Assembly: GCF_009914755.1 (NCBI RefSeq)
Contig: NC_060931.1
DNA length: 64,000 nucleotides
Source: the human T2T-CHM13v2.0 reference genome, Homo sapiens
Reading direction: 5' to 3' (one strand)
Part shown: in pieces, positions 13,830 to 27,150 of the stretch
How positions within the stretch are numbered: the first letter of the stretch is position 1
Layout: each line of letters begins with the position of its first letter
Made by a program: the position numbers and the translations under genes
The notes under the pieces: model-generated
What the model was told of the DNA's origin: nothing
Databases searched by the model: none
The model's input: the letters and a program-made list of their open reading frames with translations, nothing else

Positions 13830-14010
13830 ATTAGCCCTGGCTCCTGCCTCATGTCCACAGCTGATAATCTGTGTGACTTTGAATGGCCTCCTTGTGCCTC
13901 GGGCTTCTTAATTATAAACTGCCAACAGCCTTTTCCCTTCTCTATGATGCCAAGGTGGGGAGCAATGTGATCTTTAATACAAAAGGATGTTAGGCAGTAA
14001 AGTGTCTTAA
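13830..14010 (+). mobile_element. MIR
   Basis: ctgtgtgactttgaatggcctccttgtgcctcgggcttcttaattataaa is a degenerate MIR core. Confidence 0.45.
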
Positions 14011-14218
14011 AACACAGACATGGATTTCCTTTCTTCTTCCTTTGAAATATGAAGACTTTTCCTGGTTGGTTTTGGGGGAAGATAGAAATCATATATTCAT
14101 AAAGGACACACCCCATATTCAGAGTTCAGAATTTGGAGTTTCCAATAATCATCTCATGCACGAGAGCTGACTCCCTCTGCTGGGGCTGCCCCACCCCCAG
14201 TTCCAGCCTTTCCTTCTT

Positions 14219-14528
14219 TCATTTTTATTTATTTATTTTCTTAGAGATAGATAGAGTCTCACTCTGTTGCCCAGGCTGGAGTGCAGTGGTGCAATCATAG
14301 CTCACTGCAACCTTGAACTCCTGGGCTCAAGCAATCATCCTGCCCTAGCCTCCTGAATAGCTAAAACCACAGACACAGCACCATCACGCCAGGCTAATTT
14401 TGTATTTTTTTGTAGAGAAGGGGTCTCCCTGTGTTGCCCAGGTTGGTCTTGAACTCCTGGCCCCAAGTGATCCTCTGCCTCAGTTTCCCACAGTGCTGGG
14501 ATTGCAGGCATGAGCCACCACACTGGCC
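14219..14528 (-). mobile_element. Alu (AluJ-like)
   Basis: gcaatcatagctcactgcaaccttgaactcctgggctcaagcaatc is J-type. Confidence 0.95.
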
Positions 14529-14659
14529 CCATCCTCATCTTTAAAAGCAATATTGAGAATCATCTTGTTTGGAGAAACTCTGAAACCCTACAGTGCTGAA
14601 AAGGGAGGATTGAGACAGACTGCCATTCAATTGAAGCTTTTCCTCTAATGTAGTAAGAA

Positions 14660-14928
14660 TTTTTTTTTTCTTTTTTTCTTTTTTTTGAGAAAAAGCCTTG
14701 CTCTGTCGCCCAGGCTTGAATGCAGTGGCGCGATCACAGCTCACGGTAGCCTCAGCCTCCCAAGTAGCTGGGGCTACCACACTTGGCTAGTTTAAAAACT
14801 TTATTTTTTGTAGAGACGAGGTTTCATTATATTACTCAAACTGGTTTCGAACTCTAGGGCTCAAGTAATCCTCCCACCTTGGCCTCCCAGTGTGCTGAGA
14901 TTACAGGCCTGAGCCACTGCACCCGACC
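14660..14928 (-). mobile_element. Alu (AluJ-like) with internal deletions
   Basis: About 30 nt of the right arm is missing between two cctc microhomologies (tcacggtagcctcagcctcc). Confidence 0.92.
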
Positions 14929-15210
14929 CAGAAAACTTTTTTAAAAGCTTTATCTGAAACCAAAGCACATAGTGCACAATGGCAGACTCTTAGACTCTTG
15001 TTGCCCTCAGATTTTCTAAAATTGTCTTTTATCAGCATTTAAGTTTCTAACACATGAGATCACATATGTGAAAGTGCTTGTGCTTTGTAATATCTGTGAT
15101 TTTACTATCTATAGCAGAATATATTAAAGTGTAAAAGTGCTCCAGGAACCTAAGAAGAGTAGAAGAAAAGCATGTTTGACCCCAGCAACTGTGCTTGCAG
15201 CCAGGCTTGA

Positions 15211-15563
<353 letters not shown>

Positions 15564-15564
15564 T

Positions 15565-15745
15565 AAAAGTTTATTTTAGAATACTTTTAAATTTACAGAA
15601 AAGTAGCAAGAATATTACAGAGTTCTCATATGCCCCACACCCAGTTTCCCCTATTGTTAACATTAAGGCACATTTGTCACAAATAATAAAACAATATTGA
15701 TGCATTATTATTAATGAAAGTCCAACCTTTATTTGGATTGTTTTA
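15565..15745 (-). mobile_element. Old L1M 3'-end fragment
   Basis: tttattttagaatacttttaaatttacagaaaagtagcaagaatattacagagttctcatatgccccacacccagtttcccctattgttaaca. Confidence 0.7.
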
Positions 15746-18367
15746 GGTTTCTTTAAGCCCCTTAAAATAGAAAAATGTTTCATATGGGGAAAATGTAATG
15801 TTCACATTGTAGCTATATAGTTGGAACTCTAATACATGAGTGAAAATGGTTTAAGCTAACTCTTTTCTTGAACATATGCTTACTGGACTGACAATCTCTT
15901 GAGGACTTTCCACCTGTAATACCTTAGGCCTCTTCTGTTCTCTGGTTTGTTTCCCTTGAGACCGTTAGCAGATTGCTCAGCCTGACCCACCCTGGTGCCA
16001 GATGTTGGAACCCTCTTGCTGCTGCCAATCTGACTAGTCATTCCAAACAGATGGTAATATCCAGCATCACACCCCCTCCCACAATTTCACAGTTTTAGGC
16101 AGAAGCCTTAGAGTGAACACATTTACCTGGCTGTTGAATTGCTGAAACTCTGTTCTTAAAGTTGCTTCATACCACAGTGACTTGTGAGAGCTTTGACATT
16201 AATAGAAGGTCCAAAAGAAGACCTGAGTGACGTTCCCCCAAATCTTGAGATCTAAAGACTTTGGCCAGTTTAAAAACACTACAATTTATGGAAAATACCT
16301 GTTAGTAACAAATAGAGAAATTATAAAGGAGATTGCTTTTTAGAAATCACCCCAATGACCGTATTCCACATCCCGAGCTTCCAAGCTTTCTTTGAAATAC
16401 GAGTTACCAGCAGACACTAGTGGAAAGAATCTTTTTAATTCAATCTCTGCCTTTGAGCAACTTGCTGACTGACATCTAGAGGCATCTCAGTCTTCTGGGG
16501 TGGCACCTTATGGTGGAAAGGCTGGACTAGATGTGGTCTCTCTTAGTTTTAAATCTGCTTGGATTGGGGCTTTATAACGTTCCCTCAGAAGTCTTGTTGG
16601 TGTCCTTTCTACCAGATTTCTTTTTCTACTGTTTCACTTTCATTAACAAATTGCTTCACAGGGGACAAAATTCTAGATGTAGTTCAAATACTAGTTACAA
16701 ATTTGCTGCCTTCAAGATACCTAGTTATTTGATTGATCACAGTTGTTTTTAAAGTTCATTTTAAGTAGAGTTATGATCAAACATGTGCAACTGAATCAAT
16801 AAAGTTGAAAATATATCACGATGAGGAAATGTAGGTATCTTCTTTGGTATCTTCATATCAAAAAATTAATTGAGAGGAACCCTTACTAATGAGTGAAACT
16901 AATATTCTTGACTCAGAGAACTTCCTCAAAGCCTCAAAATAACAACAATTTGAATTGGTCATCTAAGTATAAATAAAGTTGGGAAGAGACACCTTTCATG
17001 AAAGGAATGGTTGAACTAACTCTCAAATAGGAAGACATCAAAGTCAAGGAAGAAAGTAAGAGCTCACGGCTTGGGGTGGAAATGGTTACTAAGTTTAGCC
17101 ATCTGCTTTGGTCTTTCCTGTTCCACATGTAGCTATATAGTTTACATAAAAGTATCTCTCCAGAGGATCAGAAAGAACAGATTTATGGAACCAGATGTGA
17201 GTTAGCATTTCTACAGGTGTGGCTCTGCAGCTGAAAGAACATGTTGTACCAGGGATGAAGTTTCTTATTATGTAATCAATATAAATTACCACTAGACTTT
17301 TACAGAGGTTGATAAAGCAAACACGTGTCATTCGGATTGGCCTTCTGGTATATAAAGAGACCCTGCTTCACAACGTGAAAAAATGTACCGTTTGACATTC
17401 ATAAAAGACTTGGTAGAAAATACCATGACAATAATCAGGCAAGGTTGTTCCCCCTTGCACACAGAGGGGATAGCTGGTGGCTAGATGGAAATTGTGTTCA
17501 TATGTTTTTCTTCATCAAGAAAAACAAGGAAATTTTCATAAATATTTTTAAAGTCTCTCAGAATCTGATAAGAAAGGGCCAAGAGGATGAAAATGAGAGG
17601 ACTGGGGAAAAATAACAGAATGCAAGAGAAAAGATGAAAAAAGGCAGAATTAGTTAACCTATAGAGGAATATATCCTTAGGTGGTATAGAAAATCAGGGT
17701 TATAAAAAAAGATTGGTAAATTGCAGATCATTTAAACATTTGCACACAAAAAGAGAATTTTAAAATTCTAGACAATAAAAGTAAAAATGTTGCTGATAAA
17801 TTAATTTGTGTCAAAGTATTTAATACAAATGTTTTGATTTTTTAAAGCTGAGTGTTTTATGCTAGATTTTACAATGAAACAAAAAGAAAAACTTCTATTT
17901 TTGGGCTTCTAATTTGCTTAAACTTTTTCAATTTAGTTTAAATGTATTGCTCAAATCTCTGATATTCTTACTAATTAAAATTTTTTTCTTAATCAATTCA
18001 TTTCTCAGACAACTGTGCCAATCTCCCATAATGATTGTGGATCTATGACAGTCTTCTTATAAAATTTCTCCTTATAAAATTTGCCATAATTACTGTTCAT
18101 GTTTCTAACTATGTTGCTTAATACACATAAGTTTATGATTTTTACATCTTAAAGCATATTTTGTCTGCTATTAATATTGCTACATGTTTCTTTTGTTATT
18201 TACTTATTACATAAATTTAAAACCTTTTATTTTTAATATTTCTGTCTAATTATCTTAAAGTGGGTCTCATTAATAGCATATAGATAAATTTCAAAATCTA
18301 GTCACAGAGATTTCTATCATTTAATGTATGAGATAAATCCATTATATTTGTTATTATGGATTATGTA

Positions 18368-18682
18368 CAGGATGTCTGAAAATCTGAAAACAGGGCAAAC
18401 TTAATTTAAACAATATATTAGTCACATTTTAAAAATACTTGCTTAATATGTTTTCTTCAAGTTTCAGACAACATTTCAAGTAAAGTATCTTTAAATTTAA
18501 AGCAATGTCCAATTTTTTAACCCTAAAAAGTATAATAAATACACTATTTTCTGAATTTCCAGAATTTTTAGACCCTATGTAATGTATTTATTGTACAAAA
18601 CATAGGAGCATATTATTTGAAATGTATCTAACCTACAGTATAAGTGCCTACCCTATATTTTCTGATTTTTTTGGACTCAAGG
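18368..18682. mobile_element. Tc1/mariner-type non-autonomous element (DNA1_Mam-like)
   Basis: TA-flanked. Left end caggatgtctgaaaatctgaaaaca; degenerate inverted ends at about 18548-18580 and 18655-18682. Confidence 0.5.
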
Positions 18683-19274
18683 TAATTTAGTCTTATTTTT
18701 AACATCATATTTTGTATTTCTTCTTTCCCATGTGTATTCTTCACGTCTTTATTTTCTCCCTTCCTAGTGTTTTATTATGTTTATTGATTCCCTTTTAGTC
18801 TTTACTGTTTTGGTTATATACATCCCTATTCTAGAGAATATTTCTATTAACATTTAATATGCATATATTACAAAGTATAAACTTTATTTTCCCTCAAAAC
18901 TATCCGTGTTCATCCTATAAGCTATTATTGTTTAATAATCTGTTTCGTTTTTAAACCTTGACAAATTCATTTTTTTTTAAAACAGCCAATTGTTACAATA
19001 ATCTACCAATATATTTTGTTGATTTCTTTGCTCACCCTTGCTTCTAGCATCTCACTCCCTATTTCTGGGTTCAAATTCCTATTTGCTGAACTTATTCTTT
19101 AGTAGTTCCTTTAGAGAGTGACTTTGGGTTGTAAGCTCTTAGACTTTGTAAAAATACACTTTTTGCTTTTACTTTTAATTTAGACCTCACTCTTGGATAT
19201 TCGTTTAGCTGAGTATAGAATATTTTTGCTTGGTACATTGAAGAAATCACATTTTCTTCTCTCTCTCTCTCTCT

Positions 19275-19553
19275 CTTTTTTGAAACAGGGTCTCACTCTG
19301 TCACCCAGGCTCCAGTGCCGTAGCACAGCCACGGCTCACTGCAGCCTTGACCTCTGGGGTCAGGGGATTCTCCCACCTTAGCCTCCCGTGTAGCTGGGAC
19401 TACAGGCACTCACCACTACGCCTGCTAAATTTTTTAAAAGATGCTATTTTGCCATGATGGCCAGGCTGGTCTCAAACTCCTGGGTTTAAGCCATCCTCCC
19501 ATCTCAGCCTCCCAAAGTGCTGGGATTACAGGTATGAGCCACCACACCCAGTC
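19275..19553 (-). mobile_element. Alu (AluJ-like) with a (CT)n microsatellite at its tail
   Basis: J-type text. TSD remnant acattttcttctc on both sides. Confidence 0.92.
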
Positions 19554-19719
19554 AAGATATTATTACATTTTCTTCTCACATCTATTTAGGAGAGGTTGGC
19601 TGTCAGTCTTGCTGTCCTGTCTTCTGCCAATATAATTCATGTTTTCTCTCTGGTCACTTTTGTAACTGAAGTAAAAAAGCAAAATTTCCACACAGAGAAA
19701 TATTCAGATTTTAAGTGTA

Positions 19720-19848
19720 ATATATATGTGTATGTATGTGTGTAGTATATATATATATGTATGTCTATATATAAGGTATAAGTTTGCCATATATATGTCA
19801 ACATATATGTGTGTGTATGTCATATATATATACATCTGTCTATATATG
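19720..19848. repeat. Degenerate (TA)n/(TG)n low-complexity tract
   Basis: tatatatgtgtatgtatgtgtgtagtatatatatatatg... Confidence 0.85.
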
Positions 19849-20155
19849 TCAATTTCCATTACCACATTGCCTACCTTACACATCTACTGTTCTGATTTCT
19901 ATCACCATAGATCACATGTGTCTATTCTTGGAATTCATATAAATGGAATCAAATAGTATATATTTTTTATCTGGTCTGTTTTGTGCAACATAATGTTTTT
20001 ATGATTCATCCATGTTGTTGCATGTATAAGTAGTTCATTTTTTAAACTTAATGAATAATATTTCATAGAATTAATATACATAACTTGTTTTCCATTGTCC
20101 TATTAATGGTCATTTGAATCGTTCCCAGTTTGGGATATTATGAATAAAGATACAA

Positions 20156-20473
20156 GAGATGCTTCTCAACTTATGATGGGGTTATATCCTGATAAAGCTA
20201 TTGTAAGTTGAAAATATTTTAAGTTGAAAATGCATTTAATACACCTAACCTACTGAAACATCACAGCTTATCCTAGCTTACCTTAAATGTGCTCAGAGCA
20301 CAGTTGGGCTAAATTATCTAACACAAAGCCTATTTTATAATAAAATGTTGAATCTTATGTACTGCATATCACTAGCCAGAGAAAAGATCAAAATCTGAAA
20401 TTTGAAGTACACTGAAATTGCAACAGTTCCATACTGTTGTAAAGTCAAATCTTCGTAAGTCAAGGACCATCTG
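20156..20473. mobile_element. Tigger-family MITE (MER47/Tigger5-like)
   Basis: TIRs agatgcttctcaactta ... taagtcaaggaccatctg; internal gaaaatgcatttaatacacctaacctac. Confidence 0.75.
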
Positions 20474-21329
20474 TGTAAGATTCAAGTACCTTTTTCCGTG
20501 TTTGTGTGTGTAAACACAAGTTTTTATTTCTTTTGGCTAAAACTGAGAAGTGGAATTGCTGAGTCTAATGTACATGTTTGTCTTTACAAGAAATTGCCAA
20601 ACTGTTCACTGCGGTGATGCTGTTTTTAACACTTACAAGCAATAAATTAGCATTCCAGTGGCTCCCTATCTTTAACAACATTTGGAGTAGTCAGTCTTTC
20701 TAATTTAAACAATTCTAGTAGTTGTTTAGTGGTATCTCATTGTGGTCTTATTTTGCATTTGTCTAATGACAAATGATATTCGGCATATTTTTTGTTCTTA
20801 TTGAACATATGTATATCTTCTATGAAGGATTTATTCACGTTTCTTGCCCAATCTTTAAATTAAACTGTTTATTATTATTTTGTAGGAGCTCATTATACTT
20901 TCTGGATACAAGTCAGATATATGTATTATATTAATACATATTTTCTCCCAGTCAGTGGCTCACCTTTTCATTTCCTTGATGCTGTATTTTGATAAACAAA
21001 AGTTTTATATTTTAATGAAATCCCATTTATCATTCTTTAAAATTTTATGGCTAGTTCTTTTTCTTTTCTCTTTAAGAAATATTTGCATACTCTATCTAGG
21101 TTGCAAGGATCTTCTATTTAAAAAAAACTTTTAGTTTTTGTTTTTATGTTTAGATCTGTGGTCCATGTAGGATGAGTATTTGTGTATGGTGTCAGATAGC
21201 AGTTGAGTTTCATTTTTCCCATTCATTTATCCAATTGTTCCAGAACAATCTGTCAAAAAACCTTGTCTTTATGAATTGTATTGACTCCTTGTTGAAAATC
21301 ATTCATCTCCTGCATAGGTGTGGGTCTAA

Positions 21330-21645
<316 letters not shown>

Positions 21646-22427
21646 TAGCTTCTTTTCTGTTCTATAGATTCATTTGTCTTTTCTTGCAAATACCAAACTG
21701 TCTTGATTACTGTGGCTTCATTAATGTTAGACATTGCTTGTTACCTTTCTACTGTTGGAGATAAGGATTTAGTACATTCATACAATCTCCCCGTTCAATA
21801 CGGCATCTTCCCCATACTTTCAATATTATAATAATTGTATGAATACTTCATAGCTTACCACATAGTATACTATGATTACATTTTCTTTCTATATTACCAC
21901 TTTCCTTGCTACTATCCCCCATGATTTAATAATGACTTCGTTTCTTTTACCTGTTTGTTTTCTATCATTAATGCCTGCCCCAGGGTATCTGACAGGAATG
22001 TCAAACCCTTTTTAATACAGTCAAACACATCAGGTAATTTGTCAATTATTTTTCTTTAAAGAGACTTTTCTGGAAACTTCTTGGCATTTTCTAGGTTTGG
22101 TGCACAGCTGGCTGTTCTAAATCTTCACTTCACAGTCATCTGAGGCATTTCCTTCCTAGGACTGAAAGGAATTTCCTTTGTATGTGGGCTGAAATTTGAA
22201 TCCTCCATTTCCTGGTTCCCATTATTCCTCCTTCTTTATACTCTTGTTTTGATGAAGAAGATTATCTAAGAGCATCTTGAACAAGCGTCCAGGGACGACA
22301 ACATTTCTTAAAACTTAATTGTTTTTAGTATCTTTGATTTAAGACATACTTGATTAATTTATTGGCTGGGCATAGAATTCTAGTCTGGAAATCATTTTTC
22401 CTAAAACTTCCCCAAACATACCTGCAC

Positions 22428-22740
22428 TGTAACCTCCCAACAGGGTCTCCTTGCCCGCTTCCTAGACAGAGCTGATTTGTCAAGATGGGGAATTGCAATA
22501 GAGAAAGAGTAATTCATTCAAAACCGGCTGTAGGGGAGATCAAAGTTTTATTACTGCTAAAATCAGTCTTTCTGATAACTCAGGATGGGAATTTTTAAGG
22601 GTAATTTGGTGGGTAGGGGGCCAGTGAGTTGGGAGTGCTGATTGGTCGGGTCGGAGATGAAATCATAGAAGTAGAAGCTGTCCTCTTGAGCTTAGTCAGC
22701 TCCTGGGTGGGGGCCACAAGCCCAGATGAGACAGTTTGTG
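22428..22740 (-). mobile_element. ERV1 LTR fragment (LTR8/MER4-group-like)
   Basis: tgtaacctcccaacagggtctccttgcccgcttcctagacagagctgatttgtcaagatggggaattgcaatagagaaagagtaattca... Confidence 0.8.
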
Positions 22741-23395
22741 GATTTTTATTCATTCTGAATACTATGGGCCTGTTCAATCCAGAAAAACACATCTTATAGT
22801 TAGAAATTTTCTTATATAATTTTGGTGATAATTTCCTTCTCCTCATTTCCCATGTTCTGATACACACAGTCTCCTCTGTCACTGAATTATTGAGAGCTTG
22901 AACCTCCTAAACCAACTCTCTGATTTTGTATTTTCTTAACTATATTCTACTTCTCTGTATCTTATTCTAATTTTTGAGAGTTTCCTTAACTTTGGCTATA
23001 TATTGTTTTTAGCCATAGTATTTTTAATTTCTAAGGGTTCTTTGTTGTTGTTGTTGTTGAACATTTCTTTTTATAACATCCTGATCCTCTTTCATAGATA
23101 CAGTAGTTCTCTATGCCCCTGGAAATATCATTTATATTTTCAGTGTCTTTCTGCCCCTGCCTTATCTGAGTTTTCTCTGTGTTCCTGTTTTCTATTATTT
23201 GTGCTAGTCTCTGTCTTTCATTCTTCCCTCAGAATCCTGGTGATCCTTGGCTGTCTGTCCATATATAGGAGCAAGGCAGTAAAAAGCTGATTAAAAGCTA
23301 TGGGTTCAGGAGTGCTGGCTGGCAGAAAATGGGCCAGTTATTTTTCTTCCCATGGCAATCTCCAAATACCCATATCTCTAGATCCTTTTTCTTGA

Positions 23396-23842
<447 letters not shown>

Positions 23843-25310
23843 TAGGCCATGTTTCACATCAGTGTCTTGGCTGGAATTCCTAAGCAGATAGTTCATATTT
23901 GCTTCCCATTCCCTCCCACAAAAAGGGGTTTTTCTCCCCCCAGCCCACGGTTTAGCTTCCTCATTAGTAGGCTGTCATGGGTAGAGGGTTTCCATTTGTG
24001 TTCGTAGATGAAATGCCACCTTTCTAGCTTGTGGCTTTACACAGGCGCTCAGTTCCAGTTTTCTGCCGTGTTACCAATGAATGCTATCATACCCTTAACT
24101 CAGGCCAACTTCTCTGTCTTTGAGTTTCCTCTGTATTCTGGAACCTGGAGATGTTCTTCTCTTGCTTACAAGCTCATTTAAGTGTTGTTTGTAAATGTTT
24201 TGCTTATTTTTTCTGCAACATTTATGCATTTGAAGCAGAGTAGAAATGCTTCTTGGATCTGCTTAGTCCATATTGACCAAAAGTCTAAAGTTATTGATTC
24301 AGAATTCTGGACTCTGAGAGCAATCAGTAAATTATAGTGCCTCGGTTTGCTTGTGTGTATATTATCAATCCTTCGCCAACAATTTTTTTCTGTTAAAAAA
24401 ATTCCTGTTAGAATTTTTATAATACTTATTTTTCTATATCTGTCCATTAGTGTAACATGGTGGTCAAAGGAGAATTTTTTTCTGGTAGTTTTTCCTGTCA
24501 CAACATGGCTCCCAAAGAGTAGATCTAGTAAATGAAACAGATTGCCTTGGACTATCTTAATAACCATTGCCATCATTTTTCCCCCAAATTTCACCTATTT
24601 ATTCATTCAGATTGCATTATTAATTGAGGAAAATTAAATTATCTAGTGGAGATTTAGCTTTGAAGGTAATTTCAGACATGACAGCTGTGGTCGGAGGAAG
24701 ATTCTCAGTTTGTATGCAAGTTGGAGAAGCATCATCATGGGCAGAGGACTTAGCCCCTGGTCCTAATTTCTATTTTTCCATGCTCAACCTTTTAAATAGA
24801 AATGAGTCTTGTAATGGGAAAAATGGAAATATTGCTCCTTGAGGATTTGAAGAATATGAGACCTGAAGACCTCAGATTTTATATCTATTAAAACATTGGC
24901 ACAACCATGCAACATTCTTTCCATGATACCATGACTGGTTTATTGAGGAGTCTCAACTCACTGGGGGTATAAAGAAGAAATGATTTCTATTTTTCCCTAT
25001 CAGTACTGTTCTGTGTCAAACTTCCTTTTATTACTAGCTACAGGGGGCCTTTAATTACATCTCCGACCAGTTTCTAAACTCAAGAAGGATAAATTGCTCC
25101 TACCCTCACCCCACTCCCCCAGGCTAGAGTCTAGTGGCTTAGAATTGTAGGGTTCTGGCTCTTAAACAGCTTCTTTTCCTTCATTCCAGTGAATAACCCT
25201 GGAATATGGGGGAGCATGAAGAGGGTGGAGGAAGAAGAGGTCTGTACTAGACTTCTCATAATAACTGGTGTTATGAAATGACCTAAGCCAATCTGCCTCT
25301 TCACAGTTGT

Positions 25311-25575
<265 letters not shown>

Positions 25576-25735
25576 TAGATGTAGGCACCATTTCCTCCCA
25601 GATAACCTCAATACCAGGTGATATGTTACAATGGAAACAAGTCTCAGAGACTAAATTCTGCCACACATGAAACAAATAGGCATAAAAACAATTACAAAGC
25701 CTGTTCCATACATTTGGTAAAGTCCCCATTCCATC

Positions 25736-26061
<326 letters not shown>

Positions 26062-26959
26062 TGACAAGTGCTTTTGCACTTTAAGCAAAAGATCCACTCC
26101 CTGGCAAAAGTTACAATATTCTAATGGCAGAGCCAGCTCATGTTCTAGTCAGGCCAGAAAGTTTCATTAAATGGGCACAGGCCTGAATAGAATCCTAGAT
26201 CTATGGCACGCCTCTGAATGCTGGGTTTGTCAGATTTCTTAATCCCTGTACACACAAGGATGGAGATGCCTGAATAAGTCTTTCTATCCAATCCAATCAC
26301 ATATATTGAACACCCACTCATTTGCCTGGTGAAGCATTATTTCTCTGTCCTTTATGCCAATTTGCAGACCTTCAGGATTTAGAGAATGATATTGAAAACA
26401 TCAATCTTAGGCTTTCTGGAGTGTGTACTCCTGACTAGAGTCCTTCATATGCTAACAGTTCCTAGGGTGCAGATTAGAATTAATTTACATATATTGTCTG
26501 CACTGAAGTATTTTAAAACAAATTTTCAACAGTATAACATTGGTGACAATGCTGAGCCAACTCTTAGGTGATGAGGGGCTCATTGCCAAGGGATAAAAAA
26601 GTAGTTGAATATTTTAGGATGAAAATAAACTAATGTTAAGAAAATAGTACAACCAGGGGAGAGACTATCTCATAGAATATCTATATTTACTAAGGAAAGA
26701 ATATGAAGGCTAGAATCCATGAGGATTTTATATTCCTCCCAGCACCCTACTTTTAAGCTGAAATTACCAGTAAAAGTTCATGAGAGACATTGTAGTACAA
26801 TACCGGGGACACAGGTAGTATACGTACTACAATCCTGCTTATGGGCTCTTGCTAATGAATCATGGTTTTAAATTCTTTTAAATTTTTATGGTTTTAAAAT
26901 TCTTTTTAATGTAGTATTTTGGGCAGCTGAAGCTGACGGGTCAGAACTGATGCATAAGA

Positions 26960-27150
26960 GAGAACTTCATTGTAATACAAAAGTCACTGGGTCTGTCCTA
27001 GCTGTGAGAACTTAGATAAAATATTGAATCCTTTGCGCTTCCATTTCCTCATCCATTAAAAGATAGGGGTGAGGGGTGGGAGTTATAAGAACTAAATGAA
27101 ATAATATAAATAATTTAGCCACTGCCTGTTGAGGCTGGATAAATATCAGT
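26960..27150 (+). mobile_element. MIR
   Basis: ctagctgtgagaacttagataaaatattgaatcctttgcgcttccatttcctcatccattaaa. Confidence 0.55.
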
